NCBI GenBank assembly: GCA_963703365.1
Contig: OY969815.1
Coordinates: 2,888,577-2,952,576 of the forward strand
Length of the DNA: 64,000 nucleotides
Source: an uncultured Bacteroidota bacterium
Lineage (GTDB): Bacteria > Bacteroidota > Ignavibacteria > Kryptoniales > JAKASW01
Direction of reading: 5' to 3'
Part shown: positions 35,223 through 44,624 of the stretch, piece after piece
Position numbering within the stretch: the first letter of the stretch is position 1
Layout: every line of letters starts with the position of its first letter
Notes under the pieces: model-generated
What the model was told of the DNA's origin: nothing
The model's database searches: none
What the model saw: the letters and a program-made list of their open reading frames with translations, nothing else
Program-made: the position numbers and the translations under genes

Positions 35223-35663
35223 TCATAGCAAGCGTAGAGCATAGATCAGCGCTATCAATGATGCTGCGATAAGAATGGGCGATGAATAGACTCCAGGCAG
35301 AAAATGTCTCTTATAGAGGGAACTTCCAACATGTCCGAGGCCGTTGCCGATCATCATTATGGAAAACGGCACCGCCGCTATGATGATCCATCTCGTACCG
35401 CGAAAGGCAAATGGGCTTAACACGAGCAAAAATCCTACCAGGGCGGACAAACCGGCGATCCAAACTCGAAAGGAAAACGTCGGCAGCGGAATCCACGGAA
35501 ACCTTTGACGAAGCGCCCGCACCGTTGGATTGTAAACCGCCAGAAAGTCCGTGATAGCCTCGTCGGCCACATGAAGAGCCAAGGCTCCCGCCAGTCCGAG
35601 CCAAGACCAGCCAAAATGGACTGTCTCAACTGACCACCATCTTGGGTTATATAGAGGGTTCAT
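35223..35663 (-). CDS. Cassette ORF 4: small polytopic membrane protein, HXXEE-domain-like (HVADE)
   Basis: Four hydrophobic segments and the LHVADEAITDF motif. It is GC-richer than its neighbours and spawns shadow ORFs. Its ATG lies 1 nt after the GTTAGAC core. Confidence 0.55.
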   Translation of the reverse strand: MNPLYNPRWWSVETVHFGWSWLGLAGALALHVADEAITDFLAVYNPTVRALRQRFPWIPLPTFSFRVWIAGLSALVGFLLVLSPFAFRGTRWIIIAAVPFSIMMIGNGLGHVGSSLYKRHFLPGVYSSPILIAASLIALIYALRLL

Positions 35664-35664
35664 C

Positions 35665-35711
35665 GTCTAACTACAATTAGCCTGTCATGGGTCCGCATAA
35701 CCTTCCGGCAG
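35665..35711 (-). repeat. Partial short-class attC-like site abutting the panB stop
   Basis: It is homologous to 34458-34508 (ACTGCCGGAA.G.TATG.GGA....CAGG.TAA...TAGTTAG.C) and ends in GTTAGAC 1 nt before the ATG at 35663. I saw no convincing R'' partner. Confidence 0.4.
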
Positions 35712-35725
35712 TAAAAGCGCTCTTC

Positions 35726-36541
35726 TTAGTAGCTCTCTTCCTTCGACGGAAATTTTCCCTTCTTAACATCATCTATATATCTGATAAAAGCATTGTGCAT
35801 CTCTTCGGCAATGTTTGCATAGTGGCGCACGAAGCGCGGCTTGAATTCCTGAGTCAGCCCGACCATGTCCGCATAAACAAGTATCTGTCCGTCACAATGC
35901 ACGCCTGCTCCGATTCCGATCGTCGGGATCTTGATGCTCTTTGTAACCTTCGCGGCCAACTGCGCGGGAATTTTTTCGAGCACGATCGAGAACGCCCCGG
36001 CGGCTTCGAGAAGTTTTGCATCGGCTAAAATTCCTGTCGCCTCGGCCTTGTCTTCTCCACGAGGTTTGTACCCGCCGAATTTATTTATCGACTGCGGAGT
36101 CAATCCGAGGTGTCCCATGACAGGGATCCCAATTTCCGTCATCCTTCGAACCGATTCGGCGATTGCTTTACCGCCTTCCACTTTCACGGCACTTGCACCG
36201 GTTTCTTTTAAAATTCTCCCCGCATTCCTGAGTGTTTCCTCCGCATCGACCTGATAACTCATGAACGGCATGTCAACAACGACAAGCGCACGCTTCACTG
36301 CCCGAGTTACAATCTTGGAGTGGTAAATCATTTCGTCCAGCGTCACCGGGATTGTCGTATCGTTTCCTTGAAATACATTCGAGAGCGAGTCGCCGACAAG
36401 TATTATATCGATGCCGGATTCGTCGAGTATGCGCGCGACAATTGCATCGTACGCCGTCAGCGCACTTATCTTCACGCCGTTTTTCTTCGACAGGACTATC
36501 GTCCGCGTCGTTACCACTTTTGGCTTTTCTGTCTCGATCAT
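35726..36541 (-). CDS. panB: 3-methyl-2-oxobutanoate hydroxymethyltransferase
   Basis: [10 protein letters not shown]...ILVGDSL...PFMSYQ...VKVEGG...GHLGLTPQS. Confidence 0.95.
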   Translation of the reverse strand: MIETEKPKVVTTRTIVLSKKNGVKISALTAYDAIVARILDESGIDIILVGDSLSNVFQGNDTTIPVTLDEMIYHSKIVTRAVKRALVVVDMPFMSYQVDAEETLRNAGRILKETGASAVKVEGGKAIAESVRRMTEIGIPVMGHLGLTPQSINKFGGYKPRGEDKAEATGILADAKLLEAAGAFSIVLEKIPAQLAAKVTKSIKIPTIGIGAGVHCDGQILVYADMVGLTQEFKPRFVRHYANIAEEMHNAFIRYIDDVKKGKFPSKEESY

Positions 36542-36578
36542 GGTATTCTCCTTTCAGTAAACTGTCGGCTGTCAGAAA

Positions 36579-37406
36579 TCAGCCAACAACCGGGTTCATA
36601 TTGCGGCTACGATTCATATAAATGTCATCAAGAATTTCGCCGGCATCATTTGAAAAATTCGCGTCAAGCATGTCTTCAAAGCCGTTTTTAACAGCTTCTT
36701 TTATTTCAGTGAACTCTATCTTTTGCGCCAGAGGCGCATCAGCCTTTGGCTGACTTTTCAGAATTTCTGTCAACGTCGTGGTGTGCGAATCAAGATCACT
36801 CAACGTTTTCTGTTTGAGTTTGTCATCGACGTTAAGATATTTGACGATTTGCTTGTGAAAGTTTCCGATCAGGATCGAGCCATGCTGAAGTAAGACATCG
36901 CCGAATCTGTGTTGTGCACTGCCGACAAGTTTTTTGCCATGCCATTCGACTTCGTAAACAGCGGAAGTCGAGAAACACGGTATCGTAGAAGGATCATGGA
37001 ACAGCTTGCGGAAATCGGTCGAGCTTTGGGATAATTCCAAATCCGCAACAAGAGTTCGAAGGCCTTCGGCGAGAGCGTTACTGATTAAATTATAGCTATC
37101 GCGAATCGGCAATCCACCTGTGCTCATTACGACGGAATAAGTCAACTCATCCGCATGGAGAACAGCCTTTCCGCCGGTAGGCCGCTTCACGACTTCGATG
37201 CCATCTTGTCCGGCAAGCTCAACGATTATATCTGAGTCGTTTTGATTCTTGCCGAGCGAAATGCAGAAGGGTTTCCAGCGGTAAAACCTGAGAATGGGTG
37301 TGTGATCAATTTTGAATTCATCCACAAGCCGGAGGTCGAAGTCCATGTTAAACCTCCCGTCGTGCTCTCCCGTGTCGATGCAATTCCACAGCACAACATC
37401 GCTCAC
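36579..37406 (-). CDS. Biotin/lipoate A/B protein ligase family protein (LplA/LipM-like)
   Basis: RRPTGGKAVLHADELTYSVV and GKKLVGSAQHRFGDVLLQHGSILI. The ORF contains 26-nt palindrome copy 4, read as ADAPLAQ. Confidence 0.7.
   Translation of the reverse strand: MSDVVLWNCIDTGEHDGRFNMDFDLRLVDEFKIDHTPILRFYRWKPFCISLGKNQNDSDIIVELAGQDGIEVVKRPTGGKAVLHADELTYSVVMSTGGLPIRDSYNLISNALAEGLRTLVADLELSQSSTDFRKLFHDPSTIPCFSTSAVYEVEWHGKKLVGSAQHRFGDVLLQHGSILIGNFHKQIVKYLNVDDKLKQKTLSDLDSHTTTLTEILKSQPKADAPLAQKIEFTEIKEAVKNGFEDMLDANFSNDAGEILDDIYMNRSRNMNPVVG
36725..36750 (+). repeat. 26-nt palindromic element, copy 4 (inside lipoate-ligase-family ORF)
   Basis: GCGCCAGAGGCGCATCAGCCTTTGGC, preceded by TTTT as in copies 1 and 3. 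Confidence 0.8.
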
Positions 37407-37408
37407 GA

Positions 37409-38188
37409 TTAAGGTCGAATAATGCCGCGTGAAGAAGACTTCAGGAACTCTAAGATGGTACAGACTTCTACTGAATGCGGAAACTCGTTTTCGATTTTCT
37501 TAATTCCTTCGCTAAACATCAAACCGGAAAAGTAAAGGACGTGATAGGCATTCTCAATTAATTCAATTTGTTGCTGCGTGAAACTGCGCCTTCGAAGGCC
37601 GGTTTTGTTCACGCCTTCATATCGCAGCGGCTCACGGCCTGCAAGCACGTAAGGTGGAACATCCTGCACAGTTCTAAATCCGCCGCCAATCATAGCGTGC
37701 GAGCCGATATGCCCAAATTGGTGAACCGTCACCAAGCCGCCAAGGATGACCCAGTCGCCGAGCGTAACATGTCCGCCGAGTGTAGCGACGTTCGCCAAGA
37801 TACAATTGTTGCCGACTATGCAATCGTGGGCAACGTGAACATAAGCCATAAGAAGACAATCGCTGCCGACAACTGTTTTTCCGGTTTCCGCTGTACCACG
37901 ATGCACGGTTACAAACTCGCGGATCATTGTGTTGTCGCCGATTTCAGTGATTGTTTCTTCGCCCGCATACTTTAAGTCCTGAGGTGCATTGGACACGACC
38001 GCACCATGATGAATGACGCAATTCTTTCCTATGCGGGCGCCGTTTGCGATAAGCGCGTTCGCGGCTATCTTGCAACCATCGCCGATTACGACATCATCTT
38101 CGATAACTGTGAAAGGTCCGACGGTTACATCGTTTCCAAGCTGCGCCTTCGTGCTGATGACAGCTCTCGGATCAATGGAAGTTGGCAT
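37409..38188 (-). CDS. lpxA: Acyl-ACP--UDP-N-acetylglucosamine O-acyltransferase
   Basis: Left-handed beta-helix hexapeptide repeats plus the C-terminal LpxA helical domain (YEGVNKTGLRRR). Confidence 0.9.
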   Translation of the reverse strand: MPTSIDPRAVISTKAQLGNDVTVGPFTVIEDDVVIGDGCKIAANALIANGARIGKNCVIHHGAVVSNAPQDLKYAGEETITEIGDNTMIREFVTVHRGTAETGKTVVGSDCLLMAYVHVAHDCIVGNNCILANVATLGGHVTLGDWVILGGLVTVHQFGHIGSHAMIGGGFRTVQDVPPYVLAGREPLRYEGVNKTGLRRRSFTQQQIELIENAYHVLYFSGLMFSEGIKKIENEFPHSVEVCTILEFLKSSSRGIIRP

Positions 38189-38220
38189 TTGTAAATTTTT
38201 CTCCCTCTAGGTTCTCCAAT

Positions 38221-39633
38221 TTAGTTAGGGGATTCGTTGTTCGTGTCGACGATAGCGACGGTCATTTCGGCCTCTGCCACAAGAGTCCCATCCACGAAAG
38301 CTTTCCCTGCCAATATTGTCATCTTGCTCCTTCTTGAAGTCATTTCGACCTGCATCACCAATTGGTCTCCCGGTACAACTGGTCTTCTAAATTTTACATT
38401 ATTCAGCGCCATGAAATAAACCAATCTACCGTCGAGATTCTCCATGCCGTTCAGAAGAAGTATTCCGCCGGTCTGTGCCATGGCCTCGACGATCAGGACG
38501 CCCGGCATAACCGGTTTCGATGGAAAGTGTCCCTGAAAGAACGGCTCGTTCGTAGAAACGTTTTTTATTCCGACAACTTTTTCGTCCAATTTGAAGTCGA
38601 CGATTTTATCGACTAACAAGAACGGATAGCGATGCGGAAGAATTCTTTTTATCGCTTCGATGTCGAATATGACGCCGGCAGTTTTCGTGAATTGATATTT
38701 CTTTACGATTTTTTTTTGCTGGTAGAGTTTCCGGATTTTTTTTGCAAACTCGACGTTATGCGGATGCCCCGGCCTCGCAGCAAGTATCTGAGCTTTCATC
38801 GGTGCACCAACGAGCGCAAGATCGCCGATGAGATCGAGAAGTTTATGACGCGCCGGCTCGTTTTTATAACGAAGAGTTTTATCGTTGAGAATTCCCGTTG
38901 AGCCGAGCATTATCGAGCCATTGATTCCTAATTTGTTTCCTAACTTCTTCAATTCTTCATGGGTCATCTCGTCATCCACGATGACGATTGCATTGTCTAA
39001 GTTTCCACCTTTGATAAGTCCTTTTTCCCGCAGCATCTCGACTTCTTTCAAGAAACAAAATGTTCGTGCCGAAGAAAATTCCGTGACGAATTCTTCCTCG
39101 AGAGAAAAAAGTCCGGTATGCTGGCTTCCTAGGGCAGGATTCTTATAATCGATCATGATGGTCGCCCTGAAGTCATCTAAAGGCAGAGCTACCATATCGA
39201 CATCTTTTTTTTCGTTTTTATATTCTACCGTCTGATCGATTATGAGATAGTCTTTTGGCGCATCCTGCTGTGTAAATCCTGCATTCATCAAAACATCGAC
39301 GAACGGCTTTGCGCTGCCATCCCCGACCGGCGGCTCGGGAGCATCAACCTCGATCGTTATGTTGTCTATTTCCAAGCCGGCTACAGCCGCTAATACATGT
39401 TCCACTGTGTGCATTTTGACATCGCCGATACCGAGAGTTGTGCCGCGTGATACATCGACAACAAAGTCGGCGAGTGCTGGAATCTCGGGTTTTCCTCCAA
39501 CATCGGCGCGGCGGAAAATTATTCCGTGATTTTCGGGCGCGGGAAGAAATGTGATTGTGGATTCGCATCCGGTATGAAGTCCGATGCCGGAAATCGAAAC
39601 TCTATTTGAAATTGTGCGTTGCTGAACAAGCAT
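38221..39633 (-). CDS. lpxC/fabZ: Bifunctional UDP-3-O-acyl-GlcNAc deacetylase / 3-hydroxyacyl-ACP dehydratase (LpxC-FabZ fusion)
   Basis: N-terminal LpxC (TVEHVLAA, RHKLLDLIGDL) and C-terminal FabZ hot-dog (LPHRYPFLLVD...FQGHFP...PGVL). Confidence 0.95.
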   Translation of the reverse strand: MLVQQRTISNRVSISGIGLHTGCESTITFLPAPENHGIIFRRADVGGKPEIPALADFVVDVSRGTTLGIGDVKMHTVEHVLAAVAGLEIDNITIEVDAPEPPVGDGSAKPFVDVLMNAGFTQQDAPKDYLIIDQTVEYKNEKKDVDMVALPLDDFRATIMIDYKNPALGSQHTGLFSLEEEFVTEFSSARTFCFLKEVEMLREKGLIKGGNLDNAIVIVDDEMTHEELKKLGNKLGINGSIMLGSTGILNDKTLRYKNEPARHKLLDLIGDLALVGAPMKAQILAARPGHPHNVEFAKKIRKLYQQKKIVKKYQFTKTAGVIFDIEAIKRILPHRYPFLLVDKIVDFKLDEKVVGIKNVSTNEPFFQGHFPSKPVMPGVLIVEAMAQTGGILLLNGMENLDGRLVYFMALNNVKFRRPVVPGDQLVMQVEMTSRRSKMTILAGKAFVDGTLVAEAEMTVAIVDTNNESPN

Positions 39634-39660
39634 TTATAAGATTACTCCTTTAAGTTGGCT

Positions 39661-39716
39661 CATAGCTATGGCTGAGGACGAAGAATAATATGCAATGAGC
39701 TACGATCTATGAACTA
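39661..39716. repeat. Tandem heptamer array at the lpxD 3' end
   Basis: The minus strand reads TAGTTCA TAGATCG TAGCTCA TTGCATA ... CAGCCAT AGCTATG. The third TAG is the lpxD stop. Confidence 0.65.
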
Positions 39717-40776
39717 CTTCTCCCTTGTTTATTAATTCTTTGACTTTGTGCTGAAGGTCGGTGAACTCGCGGATAAGTTGCGGGAGCATTTCCAATGCTC
39801 CCCAAATCCGCAAAGTCTCGTGAATTTCTTTTGCGGGATAACCGAAATATGTTTTGCCTGGCTCCTTGATAGACCTAGCGATTCCGGATTGTGCGCCGAA
39901 ATTTGTGTTGTCGGCAATCTCGAGGTGACCGGCAAAACCGACTTGTCCGCCTATCATACAATGTTTGCCGATCTTGGTGCTGCCGGATATTCCGGTCTGT
40001 GCAGCGATGACTGTGTTCTCGCCGATGACAACATTGTGTGCCACCTGGACGAGGTTATCGATCTTGACACCTTTGCAAATCTTAGTCTCTCCTAAAGTGG
40101 CACGGTCAATCGAGCAATTCGAGCCGATCTCAACATCATCTTCAATTGCAACTACGCCTAACTGTGGAATTTTCTCGTAACTCCCGTCGGCTTTCGGCAC
40201 GAAACCGAACCCGTCGCTCCCGATCACTGTACCGCTATGTATCGTGACCCTATTCCCGATTTTGCATCCTTGATAAACGGTTACATTTGAATGTATTACT
40301 GAGCCTTCACCGATTTCGGCTTCTTCTCCGATCACACTGCCGGGTAAAATCATAACTCTGTCGCCGACTTTCGCGTTGTCGAGAATGATGGCACAAGCAC
40401 CAACGCGTACGTCTTTTCCGAGTTTTGCATTCGGTGAAATATATGCTGAAGTATGAATTCCCGTCCCGCTTAAGGGATCCATGACTGGAAGAAGTTCGCG
40501 GCGAGGCATCATATTCTCCAGTGCAAAAACAAATGCGATGTATGGGTCCTTTGCGCGCAAAAGAACTATGTCTGTCCGTTCGGTTTTGAAGTCTTCCGAA
40601 ACGATTACGGCGGAAGCTCTTGTGTCCGCGACGTACTTCTCATACTTGGGATTCGCGAGAAAAGTTATCTCGCCGGCTTTTGCATCTTCGATTTTTCCGA
40701 TCCCGCCTATCTCGACATCAGCATCTCCATCGACCCTCGCTCCGATCACACGGGCAATCTCGGAGACTTTCATCAA
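39700..40776 (-). CDS. lpxD: UDP-3-O-acylglucosamine N-acyltransferase
   Basis: The LpxD N-terminal domain is followed by hexapeptide repeats. The last five codons and the stop lie inside a heptamer repeat array. Confidence 0.9.
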   Translation of the reverse strand: MMKVSEIARVIGARVDGDADVEIGGIGKIEDAKAGEITFLANPKYEKYVADTRASAVIVSEDFKTERTDIVLLRAKDPYIAFVFALENMMPRRELLPVMDPLSGTGIHTSAYISPNAKLGKDVRVGACAIILDNAKVGDRVMILPGSVIGEEAEIGEGSVIHSNVTVYQGCKIGNRVTIHSGTVIGSDGFGFVPKADGSYEKIPQLGVVAIEDDVEIGSNCSIDRATLGETKICKGVKIDNLVQVAHNVVIGENTVIAAQTGISGSTKIGKHCMIGGQVGFAGHLEIADNTNFGAQSGIARSIKEPGKTYFGYPAKEIHETLRIWGALEMLPQLIREFTDLQHKVKELINKGEVVHRS

Positions 40777-41438
40777 CGTCCGGGAGATGAAGATGGTGGA
40801 GTTGTCTGAGTCGGCGGAGCCGGAGAAGTTGTTCCTGGAGCAGTCGTTCCTGGAGAAATCGTCCCAGGCTTATTGGTTGTAATCTTCAGCTTGTCAAGTA
40901 TTTGCTGAGTAAGGTCATACTTCGGATTAGTGTACATTAAAAGCGCCTCTCCACTTTTGTCGAAGATGTAATCGTAGTTACCATCCTTGGCGACATCCTG
41001 AATTGCCTGCATGATCTTCTCTTGCACCGGTCGCATGATTGTGTTTTGCTGTTGGTAAAGATCTCCATTCTGCCCGAATCTTTGGTTTCTCAGGTCAACG
41101 ATTTTCTTTTGCATGTCGCTCAATTTGTTTTCTTCTTGCACTTGAGCTTGTTCGGGAAGTACCAGTCGTCTTTTTTGATAATCATCAGCTTCTTGCTGGA
41201 ACTGAGTCTGGAGTTTGTTGATTTCACCCTGCCATTGTGCAACAAGAGCGTCTAGCTTACCTTGTGCTTCGACCGCATCGGGGAACTGTTTCATGATTTC
41301 CTGTGAATCGATCCAGCCGATCTTCTGCTGTGCGAACGCCATGGTGCTCGACATGAGCACCAACGGGACAATGAACGAGGCAATTTCCCGAGGCATCATG
41401 GTGCTGATAAAATGTCCTCTTTTCATAAAGAGCCTCAT
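40773..41438 (-). CDS. OmpH/Skp-family periplasmic chaperone with Pro/Thr-rich tail
   Basis: Signal peptide, a coiled-coil Q/K/E-rich body and the [12 protein letters not shown] end typical of OmpH. It is located between lpxD and bamA. Confidence 0.75.
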   Translation of the reverse strand: MRLFMKRGHFISTMMPREIASFIVPLVLMSSTMAFAQQKIGWIDSQEIMKQFPDAVEAQGKLDALVAQWQGEINKLQTQFQQEADDYQKRRLVLPEQAQVQEENKLSDMQKKIVDLRNQRFGQNGDLYQQQNTIMRPVQEKIMQAIQDVAKDGNYDYIFDKSGEALLMYTNPKYDLTQQILDKLKITTNKPGTISPGTTAPGTTSPAPPTQTTPPSSSPGR

Positions 41439-42034
41439 CTGTCTTGTCTGTTTAAAATGTCCAGCACCTTATAAGTAAGATCGAAACTTGGTTCTGCATA
41501 GAGAATGACCGCCAGGTCTTCACGCCTGTCGATAACATATTGCATCTTCTGCTCCTTCGCGACTTGGCCAATTATACTAACGACTCTATCACGGATCGGT
41601 TTCATCAATCTCTCTCGCGCCTGATCGTACTCCCCGCCTTGGGCGACCTTTCCCTGTCGATAGGCAAGGATCTGTTGTTGAAGGCTCGAGAGGTCCTGCT
41701 GTGCTTGCTGTTTTGCTTGGTCGGTCATCATGGTTGACTGCTTTGTATAATCGTCAACTTTCTTTTGGTAATCCTGCGACATCTGGTCAACTGTATCGCT
41801 CCATGATTTCATCAGCGCATCGAGTTTTCTTTGTGCTGCCTGTGCTTCGGGAAGTTGATTAAGAATAATGACGGAGTTCACGTAGCCGATTTTCAGTGGA
41901 GCATTATTCGGCGATGCAGCAAACATAAATCCGAGTGCCGACAAGATTACTGCCACAGAAACTAAAACAACAGATTTTTCTTTCACTTCTAACCTCATTT
42001 TTTTGTTTGATATAAAATTAACATTCCTAAACAT
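41435..42034 (-). CDS. OmpH/Skp-family periplasmic chaperone
   Basis: Same architecture as the neighbouring skp. It overlaps both neighbouring genes. Confidence 0.75.
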   Translation of the reverse strand: MFRNVNFISNKKMRLEVKEKSVVLVSVAVILSALGFMFAASPNNAPLKIGYVNSVIILNQLPEAQAAQRKLDALMKSWSDTVDQMSQDYQKKVDDYTKQSTMMTDQAKQQAQQDLSSLQQQILAYRQGKVAQGGEYDQARERLMKPIRDRVVSIIGQVAKEQKMQYVIDRREDLAVILYAEPSFDLTYKVLDILNRQDR

Positions 42035-44532
42035 TAGAAACCTTTTCCGAATTGGAAATCGAAATGCCAGCCGGACGGAGGATAATTCGGTGCGACGGAA
42101 TCGAAACCGTAACCGTAATCGAAGCCTACCATGCCGATCGGGTTGATCATAACGCGCGCGCCAAATCCCGCCGCGCGCGCGAGCTGAAATATATCTGTAT
42201 GATGAAAATCTTGATAAACATTTCCACCTTCAGCAAACAGTAGAAGGTAAAGCGGGATCGGGTCTGTCAACACCGAGAAGCGCATCTCAAAAGTTTGCTT
42301 GAACATAACTTTTCCGCCAAGAGGGTTTCCTGTCGGAGTATCCGGAGATTTTGGACCCACAACTCTGTCGTCGTAACCGCGCAGAGGTGTTGTTGCAATG
42401 TAACCGAGTCCGGTGCCGCCCATAAAAAATTCATCTAACGGGAGAGGCGGAAGATGGTTATTTGTGATCGTTCCTACAACGCCAAAAACAGTGCCGCTGT
42501 AAAGAACAACTTTATTTGTCCCGAACATCTGCGTGTACCAGTCGGCAGAGAAAACATGCTTATGAAAATTTATTTGTCCGGGCAGAACCGGTGGTCCCGC
42601 TATTTCATCGGTCAGCGAAACGCTCGATCCAATCGTCGGAAAAATCGGGTTGTCGGTGCTGTTTCTGGAAATCACCTGGGCCAAACTGATTTTGCTGTAA
42701 TTACCATCCAAATATCCGTAGACAGTTCCGTTAGAGATGGCGTCCTGTTCACCTGTAAAAATCCAATCGATGCGGAAATAATCATCGGGCCATCTCAACC
42801 TGCGGCCTACACTCATCGAGCCGCCCTCCATGCTTAAATCATACCCGTACACCTGACGGGTGTCAAATAAGTTTACGCCGAGAGATGTCGGCGTGTTCAT
42901 AAACCATGGCTCAGCAAAACCGATCTGAAAAGTCCTGTAATACGTGCTCACTCCGAATTGCCATGTAAAGTTCAGTGCTTGTCCTGCTCCTCCCTCAAGC
43001 GGGTGGCTTATATCGAAGTTGTTGAAGCTAAGTCCTAAAGAACCTGTGAAACCGAAAGTCGCACTGTAGCCCACCGACGCGTTGAAGGTATCACTCGATT
43101 TTTCCTTAACGTCGTACGTCACGTTTACCGTCGAATCGTTTACGACATAATAATCGGGCTTGATTTTGTCCGGGTCGAAATAGTTCATCTGCGAAAGCTG
43201 CCTAACGCTTCTGATAATCAGCGCGCGGGAGAAATAATCTCCAGGAACTGTAAATAGCTCACGCCGGATGACCCTGTCCTGCGTTTTTGTGTTTCCGCTG
43301 ATTAAAACTTCTTCAATTCGGAATTGATTCCGTTCATAGATTTTTATTTTCAAATCGATTGAATCCGGTGGAACGCGAGTCTCCTCCGGCTCGACGTTGA
43401 ATGTCAGGTAGCCGGTATCTAAATAAAGCGATGCAACGTCGGTCTGGTCCTTGTTGCCGCGCAGGTTCTCGTCAAACTTCTCTTTGTTATAGACTTCGCC
43501 CTGCTTTAATCCAAGCCGCTCGTTCAAAACACTGGCAGGATATTTTGTGTTGCCTTCCCACGCAATATTTCTTATAAAATATTGTTTTCCTTCATAGACA
43601 TTTATATGAATGAACATGTCTTTCTTGTCGGAGCTGTACCATATTGAATCGGACACAATGGACGCATCTATATAGCCGTGCTGCCTGTAGAAGTCAACAA
43701 TTTTTTCTTTGTCATCTTCGTATTTCTTCGGATCAAATTTTACGCTTTGCCAGAACATCCACCATACATTTTGGTGGGTGTCATCCATCGCGCCGCGGAG
43801 ATCGCCATCTGAAAATTCTTTGTTCCCGTTGAAAGTTATCGACTTAATTTTTACTTCCTTGCCCTCGTCAATCTTCACAACAAGATTTACCGACGCGCCG
43901 GAGCTGTCTGCGACAGGCACAAGCTCAGGATCGATTGTTGCCAGAAGGTAACCTTTGTCTTCGTATTTTTTCTTGATGTTGTAGGCGAGTGTGCTTAGCG
44001 CCTCCGGATTGACTATCTGTCCCTTCACAAGACTTATCTGCTCCTTGATGTCCTTGTCGCTCAACTCATCGTTCCCCTTTAATACAATATCGTTCAGCCG
44101 AGGGTACTCGGCTACCTTTATGAGCAGATAGACACCGTCGGCGACTTGATTGTCGATTAAAATTTGGATGTCCGAAAAAATTCCGAGCGACCAAAGCTGC
44201 TTTATCGCTTGGCGTACTTCATCTCCACCGGGTGTAAACTCGCCGCCGATTTTCAAACCGGAGTATCTAATGATCGCGCCAGCTTCAGTAAGTTTGTTGC
44301 CCTCCACTGATATTCCTAAAATTTTCAGCGGCGGTGCTTTCTCAGGAGTTCCGGGTTGTTGTTGTGACTGAACATTTTGAGCTTGTGCCTGGCTTAGTGG
44401 AACAGAGAGACAAATCAGAAGACAAGCAATAAGTAAATGGTGAAAAGTGAAAGGCGTACTTTTAACTCTTAACCTTCTAATATTCACACTTCTCCGCTCA
44501 CTTTTTTGCGGCATTCTCTTCGCGTTTTTCAC
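42034..44532 (-). CDS. bamA: Outer membrane protein assembly factor BamA
   Basis: POTRA repeats are followed by an Omp85 barrel. The C-terminus ends GWHFDFQFGKGF. Confidence 0.9.
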   Translation of the reverse strand: MKNAKRMPQKSERRSVNIRRLRVKSTPFTFHHLLIACLLICLSVPLSQAQAQNVQSQQQPGTPEKAPPLKILGISVEGNKLTEAGAIIRYSGLKIGGEFTPGGDEVRQAIKQLWSLGIFSDIQILIDNQVADGVYLLIKVAEYPRLNDIVLKGNDELSDKDIKEQISLVKGQIVNPEALSTLAYNIKKKYEDKGYLLATIDPELVPVADSSGASVNLVVKIDEGKEVKIKSITFNGNKEFSDGDLRGAMDDTHQNVWWMFWQSVKFDPKKYEDDKEKIVDFYRQHGYIDASIVSDSIWYSSDKKDMFIHINVYEGKQYFIRNIAWEGNTKYPASVLNERLGLKQGEVYNKEKFDENLRGNKDQTDVASLYLDTGYLTFNVEPEETRVPPDSIDLKIKIYERNQFRIEEVLISGNTKTQDRVIRRELFTVPGDYFSRALIIRSVRQLSQMNYFDPDKIKPDYYVVNDSTVNVTYDVKEKSSDTFNASVGYSATFGFTGSLGLSFNNFDISHPLEGGAGQALNFTWQFGVSTYYRTFQIGFAEPWFMNTPTSLGVNLFDTRQVYGYDLSMEGGSMSVGRRLRWPDDYFRIDWIFTGEQDAISNGTVYGYLDGNYSKISLAQVISRNSTDNPIFPTIGSSVSLTDEIAGPPVLPGQINFHKHVFSADWYTQMFGTNKVVLYSGTVFGVVGTITNNHLPPLPLDEFFMGGTGLGYIATTPLRGYDDRVVGPKSPDTPTGNPLGGKVMFKQTFEMRFSVLTDPIPLYLLLFAEGGNVYQDFHHTDIFQLARAAGFGARVMINPIGMVGFDYGYGFDSVAPNYPPSGWHFDFQFGKGF

Positions 44533-44624
44533 TTTTAACTTTTCTTTGTTCAGTCTTATTGGATTTTGATGATTATAATTTGGAATTTTTTATTTATAGA
44601 GTTTGCTTACGATTTCCAAAGGGA

